From Microcoleus sp. (GTDB lineage Bacteria; Cyanobacteriota; Cyanobacteriia; Cyanobacteriales; Microcoleaceae), in the NCBI GenBank assembly GCA_042408215.1, contig JAYFMW010000006.1, positions 480,001-544,000 of the forward strand: a DNA stretch of 64,000 nucleotides, given 5' to 3'. Below the pieces are notes generated by a model, which searched no databases, had not been told where the DNA came from, and saw only the letters and a program-made list of their open reading frames with translations. Both the position numbers and the translations under genes were made by a program. Below are positions 54,980-64,000 of this stretch, one piece after another (the stretch's first letter is position 1; each line of letters starts with the position of its first letter).

Positions 54980-55852
54980 ATGGTTAATTATACTGAGTGG
55001 TTTACAGAACGCACAAATGGTAAAATTCAGATTAATAGTACAGCAATCTACAGATATTTATCTCTCGAAGTAGTCGAGAGATTAGATAGTAATTTATCTG
55101 TTAATGAAATTATTGACTGGATTAGAAATAAGACACGAGAAGCCTTTAGCACTATCTATGGCAAAAATCCTGAAGTGGGTGCTCTTAACAACGCTACGGG
55201 AAGATGGAATGAATTTATAGCAACTAGCTTGTTGTCAGAAATTGTATTAGACATAAATAAAGATAATGATGCTTGTAGCGCAGTATTTTCTTTGCCCAAC
55301 TCACAGTCACAAAAAGAAGGAGCCGAGGAAGCTTCTTCAAAATTTATAAGTTTATTCAAAAGTATTGAGTTTGCATCTGGACAACCTCTAGCTAAACTTG
55401 CTCCTTTTAAAGACTATATTTTTATGCCAAGTCCTGATTATATTATCGTTGTACTTGGTAAGAGTGATGTTGCAACATCTATTAACTATCTTTTAGAACA
55501 ACAAGTAAAAAATCCCGATAGCTTGGCATTGTATAATTTTTTAAAAGGAAAATTACAATTAGAACAAGTAAAAGCGGCAGCATCTCTTAAAACTTCAAAC
55601 CGTCCAGATCGCCGATATCAACCTTTATTCGAGGCGGCGATGATTAAAGCAATGGGATATGTGCTGGATCAAAATTGGCAATATTATATGGTTGCCAGTG
55701 AATTAAGCTCGGCGGATAGGACTATATTTAGAACAGCAGTTGCTCCTCATAGTATAGCACTCGAACAAAACTTCAAGCTTGTAGATGGTACATACCTATA
55801 CGCCAGAAAAACAGATTTAATACCTTTAGTTGAATCTGCTATTACACAATAG
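54980..55852 (+). CDS. Cfr10I/Bse634I-family type II restriction endonuclease (CCGG-core)
   Basis: GRWNE, PSPD and SLKTSNRPDRRYQPLFE motifs; AT-rich; convergent with a C5 MTase. Confidence 0.8.
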   Translation: MVNYTEWFTERTNGKIQINSTAIYRYLSLEVVERLDSNLSVNEIIDWIRNKTREAFSTIYGKNPEVGALNNATGRWNEFIATSLLSEIVLDINKDNDACSAVFSLPNSQSQKEGAEEASSKFISLFKSIEFASGQPLAKLAPFKDYIFMPSPDYIIVVLGKSDVATSINYLLEQQVKNPDSLALYNFLKGKLQLEQVKAAASLKTSNRPDRRYQPLFEAAMIKAMGYVLDQNWQYYMVASELSSADRTIFRTAVAPHSIALEQNFKLVDGTYLYARKTDLIPLVESAITQ

Positions 55853-55867
55853 CTAAGTGTAAGTGTT

Positions 55868-57151
55868 TTAAAAAAACTTCAAAGGTAACTCTAACTGTTT
55901 ATTAATAGGCAGCTTATAATGCCATTCTGTTGTTGCTAAAAATTTAATAATTGTTTGAGCAATACCTTTAGATGCTAAGTAAGGAACCCCATTTCCCACT
56001 GTTTTAAACATATTACTTAATGTCATATTTTCTGGCAGCGCAAACTTTTTAGGCAGAGACTGAATAGCCAACGTTTCTGCAACAGAAAGCCTGCGAACTT
56101 TGTAAGGGTGCAAATGAACTTCATTATTGCCGTAACAAGCAGTCGGGGAATAGCGCCACCTGTGCAAACGCTTGTAAGATTTTTTAGAATCATCTCCCTC
56201 ATCGACAGCAGCAAACCTTTTAATCCCCGCTCTTGGTTGAAAATAATGTTTCGCATTCGGATGGTTTACAACATCATTTTTGTGGAACCAAAACTGTACT
56301 GTTAACTCTTTGGGAATACCATCAGGGCAAGGCAACAAACTATCACATCCAAACGCATTCCTCTCAGGCCAAGGATTAGAAAAAACTTCTGATTTGGGAT
56401 ACAAAATCTGACTCTGCCAAGGAAATATACTTTCGGGCAACATTTGGCTGTTTTGCTCTAAACAAATGCCCATATCTTTGACCATATTTTTTCGGAAACC
56501 GATTAAAATAATCCGATCTCTATCTTGCGGCACGCCGTATTCGATCGCATTTATCAAACGTTCCACAAATACGTATCCTGCGTCAGCCAACTTATTTTTA
56601 AGTTCGTCATAAAAAGCTTTATGTTTTTTGGTTCTCCACAAACCTTTGACATTTTCAAACAAAAAGAAATCCGGCTGCTGTTGGCAAATCAATTCAATGT
56701 AGGAATCTGAAAGTTTGCCTTTATCTCCTTCCCCACCTCGGTTTTTGCCGCCTATTGAAAAGTCTGGACAAGGCGGCCCGGCAATAAATCCAATAATATC
56801 GTGTTTCTTGCGAGCATCTTGGATCAATTCCCGCAAATGAAGTGCTGGTTTTCCCTCTACAAGTCGAGTCACATCTGCTTCCTCTCCTTCGCAGTGTCCG
56901 TATTCTGGCTGCGGTAAATTCAGACACTGGCGAGAGTGACGGTATGCTTGGATGAATGGCGAGAAAATTTCATTTACATAAACTATATTAAAGCCGATGG
57001 ATTCAAAACCCAAATCGAGGAAGCCTGAACCTGAAAAAAATGAGAATATACAGGGGATTGGGAATTGGGCATGGGGAATTGGGCATGGGGAATTGGGCAT
57101 GGGGAATTGGGCGAAGCGAAGCGGAGGGATGGGGAATTGGGAATTGGTCAT
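55868..57151 (-). CDS. DNA (cytosine-5) methyltransferase, cognate of the REase
   Basis: [24 protein letters not shown] and GNGV motifs; the N-terminus is encoded by heptamer repeats. Confidence 0.93.
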   Translation of the reverse strand: MTNSQFPIPPLRFAQFPMPNSPCPIPHAQFPIPCIFSFFSGSGFLDLGFESIGFNIVYVNEIFSPFIQAYRHSRQCLNLPQPEYGHCEGEEADVTRLVEGKPALHLRELIQDARKKHDIIGFIAGPPCPDFSIGGKNRGGEGDKGKLSDSYIELICQQQPDFFLFENVKGLWRTKKHKAFYDELKNKLADAGYVFVERLINAIEYGVPQDRDRIILIGFRKNMVKDMGICLEQNSQMLPESIFPWQSQILYPKSEVFSNPWPERNAFGCDSLLPCPDGIPKELTVQFWFHKNDVVNHPNAKHYFQPRAGIKRFAAVDEGDDSKKSYKRLHRWRYSPTACYGNNEVHLHPYKVRRLSVAETLAIQSLPKKFALPENMTLSNMFKTVGNGVPYLASKGIAQTIIKFLATTEWHYKLPINKQLELPLKFF

Positions 57152-57235
57152 TGGTAATTGGTAGACCGGGGCGGGTTTATGAGATTATTGGTCTTAGGCA
57201 CAGATTGTCTGTAAAACCCGCCCCTACAGGTATTA

Positions 57236-57664
57236 TTACAACCATTGGCCGCCTCGGAAGCGCCAGTAGGGAAACAATATCCGCATGAGTGTTTGCGATG
57301 CCAGATAAATTGCCAGCCATACTAAACTGTAATGCAGGGCAAAAGCTCCCAAGTCAAACTCTGACTGCGGTATTCCGGGTAAACCGACTCTTTGTATCAA
57401 TAATACCACAAAAAGTGCTTCCCAAATCCCAGCGAGCAATTGAAATGCGCCGGGCCAATCTCGATCCCAGCGGAATTGCTGTATGTAGATATATAAGGCA
57501 TCCCAGCCGATGCCAAAAATCGCTATATACCCTAAAATCCAGAAAAAGATTGAGCCGGATTTAGAGGTGATTAAACCTAGAAAAAATGGTAGTGTTACTA
57601 AAACGCCTACTGTTGCAAATAATAATATTCGAGTTTGCCAGCGACCAAATAAGGTGGGAGTCAT
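57236..57664 (-). CDS. Four-TM hypothetical membrane protein
   Basis: [12 protein letters not shown]...QFRWDRDWP...[11 protein letters not shown]. Start at 57664; the upstream extension is heptamer repeat. Confidence 0.8.
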   Translation of the reverse strand: MTPTLFGRWQTRILLFATVGVLVTLPFFLGLITSKSGSIFFWILGYIAIFGIGWDALYIYIQQFRWDRDWPGAFQLLAGIWEALFVVLLIQRVGLPGIPQSEFDLGAFALHYSLVWLAIYLASQTLMRILFPYWRFRGGQWL

Positions 57665-57669
57665 AATAA

Positions 57670-57856
57670 ATTGGGAATTGGGAATTGGGAATTGGGAATT
57701 GGGAATTGGGCATTGGGCATTGGGCATTGGGCATTGGGAATTGGGAATTGGGCATTGGGCATTGGGCATTTAGAATTGGGCATTGGGCATTGGGAATTGG
57801 GAATTGGGCATTGGGCATTGATCACAAATAACAAATAACAAATAACTAATAACTAA
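57670..57856. repeat. Heptamer tandem repeats (TTGGGAA/TTGGGCA, about x21; then ACAAATA-type)
   Basis: Direct reading. Confidence 0.95.
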
Positions 57857-59866
57857 TCAACCTGGAGATAGATTTAAAATCCACTTTAACCACTGTACTA
57901 AAGATCGCCAAATACTCAATTTGCGGACACCAGCAGCTTTGGCTTTGGCTAGACTCTCAACCGATCGCAATCCTGCATATTGCAAGCCCAAAAAACTGTC
58001 CACCGGCGCGTAAGGCCCGCCCAAAGTAATCGCCCCCGCCGCGTACACCCGCCCCTCCCGCCCTTCCCCGTTGCTGGGAGAGTTTCGCATTTCTAGCAGT
58101 TCAAAATCATTGTTAACGCTGAAGCGTCCCAACCCGTTGAGGGTAAGATTGTATTGAACTACCAAATCATCGAGTAGAGGACTGGTTTTCACCTTAGCGT
58201 CCAAACCGGTAGCGTCAATGATAAAGTCAGCCTCCAATTTAATTTGCCCTTTCAACTTCTTCTCTCGAATATAAGTCACCGTGCGGTTTTGACTGTCGCG
58301 CTCGACTCGCTCGACTTCCCCGAAAGAAATCTGATACCATCCCTGACTCAAACCTTCTTTGACAATGCGCCGCCAGTCGCTGCGGTGGGCGGTAGTGGTG
58401 CCGCCCCAGTCTGTCAGTAACTGCGGGCGAAATTCTAGGGGGGCTTTTTCCAAAACTTCGCGCAATTCCCCGCCCCAGCAAGCTTTTGGCCAATTGAATG
58501 GTTGAAATTCGTAGTGATTTTCGACGCTGCGCTGGGCCCGATCGAATTTGTTACCCAGGGGTTTGGGCGATCGCATCAAATGCAATACTTGAATGTCGGG
58601 GTTTTGCTGTCTGGCTTCGTAAAGTCGCTGCACCACCCGCGAAGCCACAATTCCCCGCCCTCGCAACAATACACTGCCGCCCCTCGCTTCCAACTTTTGG
58701 TAAACGCTGTCGTGGCTTTCGTAAGCATTGACAACGGACTGAAAATCCTGGGTTTTTTCGCGGTAGGCTTGCAAGTCTGGCAAAAATTGAATGGCGGGAT
58801 AGCCAGTGGCTATATGCAGGTATTTCGCGATCAAAAAAGCGTGGTCTCGATGGTCGGCATTCGATCGAGAATAAGCGATCGCGTACCGGCCGTCATCTGT
58901 TTTGCGAATTCCCCGCACTCTACCGTAGCGAAACATCTCTTGCCACCCAATACGGAGAGTTTCCCTGTCAATAGAATCAAAAACCTTCCCGGCGCGGGGC
59001 GTATAAGTTTCGGCAAAAGTGGGCTCGGCAAACACCTGCCACATCAATTTTAGCGACTCCCCCAACCGACCTTTCCACAATTCCTGCCAAGCTTCCCGCA
59101 CAGCATAGGGAGGCCAACCCCAAATGTTGTCTGGACAAGAGTCAGAATTCGATCGTAGCCGTTCGTGTAGGGGAATTTGAGAATTTAGGCATAACCGACG
59201 GTAGCGGGCGTAAGGCTGATTTTCCAGGCCCAAAACCGCAATTCGATCGGCCTTCACGCCACAAATTCTCAGCAAATCCACCCAAATAAAGCTGCCCAAA
59301 CCGCCGCCAATTGCTGTCCAATCAATTTCTGTAACGGGTATTCCCATAGATAGGAGCGATCGCATTGTCACCTCTGAAGCTTGCATAAATGCGATCGGCG
59401 GAAACTCGCCTTTACTAGCTGTTTGAGAAGGTGGCGACACCAAAGACGGGAGAATGGCGGGATCGGGGAGATTTGTCTGGGGGTTGAAGAAAATGTGAGA
59501 ATTTACAGACTGGGTTTCTGTGGAGAGTGCAGCAACAGAAATACCGATCGCGTAGGGCCCAATTTGCAGCATATCCCCATTTGCCAGCACGCACCGAGTT
59601 TGGCAAACACCGTTGACAAAAGTACCATTGCGGCTGCCCATGTCAGTGAGTACGATACTGTCGCCTTCGGAGGTAATCACCGCGTGGAAGCGAGAAACTT
59701 GACTGCTGTTGAGGGCAATTCGAGAAACTCGTTCTCCGTTGATGGTGGGGGGCATATTCCCAAACATTCGTCCCAAAGCGATGGGCAAGTCTAAGATCGG
59801 GGATCGGCAATCCCCCGTAGCTGTATCATTCCAAGTGAGTCGCAGGCGCAAGGGTTTAGGATTCAT
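57857..59866 (-). CDS. FHA domain fused to an FAD/NAD(P)-binding oxidoreductase-like domain
   Basis: FHA motifs LGR..VSRFHA..GSRNGTFVNG; then IGGGLGS, HIATGY, RGRGIVAS and IDATG. Start uncertain (59866 or 60007). Confidence 0.85.
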   Translation of the reverse strand: MNPKPLRLRLTWNDTATGDCRSPILDLPIALGRMFGNMPPTINGERVSRIALNSSQVSRFHAVITSEGDSIVLTDMGSRNGTFVNGVCQTRCVLANGDMLQIGPYAIGISVAALSTETQSVNSHIFFNPQTNLPDPAILPSLVSPPSQTASKGEFPPIAFMQASEVTMRSLLSMGIPVTEIDWTAIGGGLGSFIWVDLLRICGVKADRIAVLGLENQPYARYRRLCLNSQIPLHERLRSNSDSCPDNIWGWPPYAVREAWQELWKGRLGESLKLMWQVFAEPTFAETYTPRAGKVFDSIDRETLRIGWQEMFRYGRVRGIRKTDDGRYAIAYSRSNADHRDHAFLIAKYLHIATGYPAIQFLPDLQAYREKTQDFQSVVNAYESHDSVYQKLEARGGSVLLRGRGIVASRVVQRLYEARQQNPDIQVLHLMRSPKPLGNKFDRAQRSVENHYEFQPFNWPKACWGGELREVLEKAPLEFRPQLLTDWGGTTTAHRSDWRRIVKEGLSQGWYQISFGEVERVERDSQNRTVTYIREKKLKGQIKLEADFIIDATGLDAKVKTSPLLDDLVVQYNLTLNGLGRFSVNNDFELLEMRNSPSNGEGREGRVYAAGAITLGGPYAPVDSFLGLQYAGLRSVESLAKAKAAGVRKLSIWRSLVQWLKWILNLSPG

Positions 59867-60277
59867 TTTCAGGTCAACACTTCGACTACGCTCAGTGAGC
59901 ACTGTAGGATGCTCATGGCACACCTTACCCGTTCTAAAAGAGTGTCGAATTTTTGCATTTTGGTGTTTTTTTGGTGCTTGAAATTGAACTATCCTAGCAT
60001 CAGCCATTGTTTAATTTTAAGTAGGTCGCGCTGTTATATCCCCGACTTCTTTAAGAAGTCGGGGATCTGGGTATTTCCGCATCTCAACCCGCATCACGGC
60101 GATAGCACCACACTCGCCGCCGCCGCCAAAGAAGTGCCGCACCACGCACACCGCTCTGAAAAACTTACCCAAAACCAGACAAACCCCGACCAACCGGATC
60201 TTAAATAGTTTTAGTGTTTTCTTCCTGCTTCTCACGGTCGGTAATCCGATCCCATCCACAGGCCGATCGCCCGTAAG

Positions 60278-61397
60278 CTACGGGCTGTACAAGGAAAGTC
60301 TTAAAACTCTTAAACCTTCATGTTTTAAATTAACGGCGGCATTTTCATCCCGATCTTGAACATGACCGCAATTTTCACACTTATATACTCTATCAGCAAG
60401 AGTCAAATCTTGTTTATGTCCACAATTAGAACATGATTTAGAAGACGGATACCAGCGGTCAACTATTACTAAATGTGAACCATACAACTGGCATTTATAT
60501 TCCAACTGTCTTCGGAATTCAAACAAACCTAAATCGGCTATAGCGCGAAGCTCATTTAGGGTTTTTCAGCATCCCTTTAACGTTTAAATCTTCAATACAG
60601 ATCGCATCAAAAGTTTTGGCCAGCCATGTAGTTAATTTGTGCAGATAGTCTTTTCTGATATTCGCAACGTGCGAATGAAACCGTCCTAATTTAATCTTTG
60701 CTTCCTGATAAGAGCCTGTTCCTTTTTGCTTGCGACTCAGTGACATAGACAACTGCCTAAGCCTTCCTAGCGCCGCTTTCAGAGGTTTTATATTAGGGAT
60801 AACTTGACCATTGCTCAACGTAGCCAGTGATTTAATTCCCAGATCAACACCTACAACTTCGATTGGTTCTCTCATTGGCTGTGACGGTGTTTCTCTCTTG
60901 AAACTTACAAACCACTTATCTGCTTTTTTACTAATGGTGAAACTTTTAACTTTTCCCAAAGCTGGTAATTTCTCAAAAGTTCTGACCTTACCAATATTAG
61001 GAATCTGTACCCAAGTAGAACCCACAATTGTGGAACCATCACAAGTAAAACTATCGTGAAATCCTTTCTTTTTGAAGTTGGGAAATCCCTTTTCTGGTTG
61101 TTTAAAGAAATTGTTTAAAGCATCTCTAACATGGCGGGTAGCATAATTATGACATCCTTTCGACACTTCATAAGTCCAAGGGTTTTCTGATTTTACCTCA
61201 GCCGTAAATCGCTTATTCAGATCTATGGCAGTTGGTAATTTAATTTGGTTTTCTGGTTGAGTTTTATGATGTTCTAAGCTGGTAATTAAAACTTGAAGTC
61301 CCCAATTATAAGCATATCTAGCTACCCCTGCTGATTTAGCCAGCAAAGTACGTTGTTTATTGTTGGGGTTAAGTTCGGTTTTAAAACCTAGCAGCAT
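60278..61397 (-). pseudogene. tnpB: RNA-guided nuclease TnpB, disrupted near 60550
   Basis: MLLGFKTELNPNNKQR, VGVDLGIK (RuvC-I) and CIEDLNV (RuvC-II), then a stop/frameshift. A second frame gives FEFRRQLEYK..PSSKSCSNCG..CENCG..DRDENAAVNL. Confidence 0.92.
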
Positions 61398-61428
61398 TTT
61401 ACGAACTGTCAAAGCGAATGCTAATTTC

Positions 61429-61457
61429 AGTTTAATGCTTGTATTATGGTTTGTCAA
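61429..61457 (-). promoter_or_regulatory. Sigma70-like promoter upstream of tnpB
   Basis: TTGACA-N17-TAAACT about 30 nt upstream of the ATG at 61397. Confidence 0.6.
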
Positions 61458-61932
61458 TCAACTATAAATGTGTTCTCGTAGCTTTGTCGGAAAAAGTCCA
61501 GAATGTCTGGGTAATTTACGTCCTGGACCATACCCTCACTCAATTTTGCCTCGGTGGAGGCGAGAATTTTTCCGTCTACCACCGGCAGATTGCTTTGACG
61601 CAAATTCCCCAGCCTAAATTCCTGCAATTCGTGATTAAAAAAATATTTCGACGTGCAACCCAGATACGCTTGGATGCGACAATACTAGATCGCACTTGGT
61701 CTGGTCGCGGCCGATTCTTACCGTTCCGGGATTTTTGCTAGGCTGTCCGTTTTGAATCGTCTGAGTTTGAGCCACGCCAGCCTCAGTCCATTTTAAAGTG
61801 AGCTGGTTTGTCATCCTAAATTTCCTAAAATATAGAGAAATATTACTGATATTATCGATTTTTTGGCTCGCTCCCTAGGAAAAAATATTTTTTATATTCC
61901 TAAAAAAAAAGCCCCGACTTGAGAGCTTTTGG

Positions 61933-61969
61933 TGCGCGAATCTACTGTTTTTTAAACAGTGATTCGCGC
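61933..61969. terminator. Long hairpin downstream of the KGG gene
   Basis: GCGCGAATC(T)ACTGTTT-TT-AAACAGTGATTCGCGC. No clear U-tract, so terminator function is uncertain. Confidence 0.35.
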
Positions 61970-62096
61970 TTTCGAGAGTTATTAGACATAGTGCGATCGC
62001 ACTGAATTGAGAAGTGCGATCGCACTACAGTTACCGAATGCTGGCCGTCCAACTCCTTGGATGGTGCGATCGGTTGTTGCTCTCTTGTTGAGAAAC

Positions 62097-62324
62097 TTAT
62101 TCGCTTTTGCGGCTTTTCCGACCACCTTCGCGACCAATTTGAGCCATGTGTTCCCGATTTCTGCTGACAGCTTCGCCGCCTTTTTGACCGGCTTCTCTGG
62201 CTTCCTCTGAGGTAAATTCGTGCGCTGTTCCTTTCTCGTGTGCAGCTTTTCCGCCTTTGCTAGCAATAGCGCGCTGTTTTTCTGCGTCCATAGAGGCGAA
62301 TCCGCGTTTGCTTTTTTCAGCCAT
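62097..62324 (-). CDS. KGG-repeat general stress protein
   Basis: RGFASMD..KQRAIASKGG, EAREAGQKGG, MAQIGREGG; GGAGA RBS upstream. Confidence 0.9.
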   Translation of the reverse strand: MAEKSKRGFASMDAEKQRAIASKGGKAAHEKGTAHEFTSEEAREAGQKGGEAVSRNREHMAQIGREGGRKSRKSE

Positions 62325-62787
62325 GATACTGTCTCCTTGTTTTTTTCTGATGTTTTAGCTCGATCGTACCCTCGTATCCCACTGTAGTTGGTACTCTAAG
62401 TCAGTGGCGAGATCTCATGCGGTAATTATCAAACTTCATCTTACCCCTTTAAACCCTAGGTTTAAGCGGCAGGATGAGAAGTTCATAATTTACCAATGTG
62501 AACTAAAAAATAGTTCACCAGTTGACCTGTAGTTTTGATGACTCTTTCTTTAACCAGGTCACTGTCTTTGAATCATTTTAGAAACCCCCCAACTTTTATA
62601 CCTCTTTCTCAGGTATAGTCATTCTTTATTTCGCTGGAAGGATGAAACCGAAATCCGATCGGCGATCGAGTCAGAGGATTTTTTGAACCCAACTGCGACA
62701 CCTCAAACATTCCAAGTCAAAAGTCAAAAGAGGGATGTTTTTTGTCTTTTTACTTGGGATTTTTTTGAGACATTCCTGGCTTGCTAG

Positions 62788-63442
62788 TTATCCCGATGTC
62801 AGTTGGTCAGCCGATCGATTTGTTTCTGGCAAGCGATATTTCGGGGCGCAGCGCAGCACATATTCGATCGCCACTGTCAAGTTTACTTGATGACCGATCG
62901 AAACATAAATCGGTTTTACTCCTGTTTGCGTCCTCAGTGCTGCACCGACGGTTTGTCCGCAATCCTGCAAGGGCTGCCAACTCCCTCGATCGAAACCTAC
63001 TTCTGAATGTTCTCCAATAAATCGAGTTTTAGCAACTCCGATGGTCGCGATTCTCGTCAGAACTCCCAAATGGCAGGCAAGACCGAACCTACGGGGATGG
63101 GCGATTCCTTGACCGTCGCACAATATCAAGTCTGGCAACAAGCTGATTTTTGCTCCCATCGTCGAGGAATGCCGGCACTTCTCGAAAAGACAGGAAACCC
63201 GGAACATAAGCAAAAGCGGTGGGACGGCGCACTGCTACAGCCTGCTGTAACTGCAAATCGGGAAAGCTCAGAACTGTTACAGCAGCCCGCGAAACGGCAT
63301 CTGAAATGTCCTAGCCTACATCTACGCCTGCGACGTACCGAACTGTTGACCGTTGGTTTTCGGTAATTACCTGTTACCGGAGTTGTTCTTGAATGGCGAT
63401 CGCCTCTTCAATTGTCTGCGGCCAAGGGTGTCGCTGTGGCAT
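62788..63442 (-). pseudogene. nfi: Endonuclease V pseudogene
   Basis: [39 protein letters not shown], frameshift, then [36 protein letters not shown]. Confidence 0.9.
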
Positions 63443-63876
63443 TTTGCTCTCACTTCAACCGTTCTCATCTAACCTTAACCTATTTTGTGACATTTTTAAA
63501 CTATTGATTTTTATCGTTTGTCGCGATCAATTCGTTTGGCTCCTGACGCGATCGCCTCTTTACCTAAAATCATCTCGTTTGTCCAGCATTTGAAACATTT
63601 ATTAATTAATCTCAACAAAGCAGAAGTGCCATTTTTGAGGCGGGTTAATTTATATAGCGAGAGTTTTTTTTCTCTGTGACTCTAGAGGTGAGTTTATACA
63701 CTCAAAATCCTCTGACTTTGATGCATCAAATAAATGAATTTATGAGTTGTTATACCCTAAATGGCAAGTTATTATATTAGATGAGAGCGATCGATCGCCT
63801 ACAACACTTCGACACATTCGACTACGCGAGCGTGCGACGCTTCGCTCAGTGACCAAATTAGTTGAAAAAGTTTCCC

Positions 63877-64000
63877 ATGAAAACATCTCGATACAACCTG
63901 AGTCTCTATATCGTCGGCGGCATCGTCCTAGTCATCGCCGCCATCATCTTAAAGCCTTTTGCCATCGTCGGTGCAGGTGAACGCGGCGTCATGATGCGCT
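63877..64000 (+). CDS. Prohibitin/SPFH family protein, 5' part
   Basis: MKTSRYNLSLYIVGGIVLVIAAIILKPFAIVGAGERGVMMR: a TM segment followed by the AGERGV motif; runs off the window. Confidence 0.75.
   Translation, partial: MKTSRYNLSLYIVGGIVLVIAAIILKPFAIVGAGERGVMMR

Larger units (their letters stand above)
60151..61533 (-). mobile_element. Non-autonomous IS607-type element (tnpB only)
   Basis: Right end GCCTGTGGA..GAAGCAGGAAG..TTTGGGTAAGTTTTTCAGAGCGG. Left region carries AAATTACCCAGACA, an inverted relative of the right-end motif. GG at both junctions; left boundary approximate. Confidence 0.75.
60094..61814 (-). pseudogene. FHA + zinc-ribbon protein gene split by a tnpB element and frameshifted
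   Basis: 5' part from ATG 61814: MTNQLTLKWTEAG...RIGRD..CDLVLSHPSVSGLHVEIFF, with a frameshift in the A7 run at 61637-61643. The 3' remnant after the element reads CAWCGTSLAAAASVVLSP*. Confidence 0.75.

Noticed and set aside
57510..57818. MPNAQCP/WELGIG ORFs and N-terminal extensions (also 10440-10499)
   Set aside because: Products of heptamer repeats; better starts exist downstream for these genes.

Overview
Chromosomal window from a filamentous cyanobacterium: HIP1 GCGATCGC is pervasive, and the repeat repertoire and gene set suggest Oscillatoriales/Microcoleaceae (inference). Coding content, left to right: a partial Uma2 gene; a five-gene phosphorelay operon ending in a REC-GAF adenylate cyclase; a GHL10 glycosyl hydrolase; a Ski2-like helicase; a phosphodiester glycosidase; Fd-GOGAT (glsF); a VapBC-like toxin-antitoxin pair; a fused type IIG restriction-modification gene; tRNA-Ala(GGC); gcvT, gcvH and gcvP; a ChlR-type low-oxygen cluster (acsF-ho2-hemN) extended by hcp; an MBL hydrolase; HtrA; an AI-2E transporter; ddl; miaB; a Cfr10I/Bse634I-family REase with a C5 MTase; an FHA/flavin-monooxygenase-like operon; a KGG stress protein; an nfi pseudogene; and a partial prohibitin gene. 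The ORF track misses several things. (1) An ORF-less HEARO/IscB omega-RNA element (about 46999-47354, minus strand) with both ends, a flank-derived guide and an ATGA TAM. (2) A decayed IS607-type tnpB-only element with its reRNA, sitting in an FHA-zinc-ribbon pseudogene. (3) A hierarchy of nested small mobile repeats: IS4/IS231-like MITEs targeting GTAG REP hairpins, TATC...GATA MITEs with swappable cargo, and a recurrent ~10-nt micro-insertion. Several of these repeats are translated in frame inside proteins (GcvP, a histidine kinase, the glycosidase, the MTase). All calls are by eye, with no database searches; coordinates of non-coding features may be off by a few bases.
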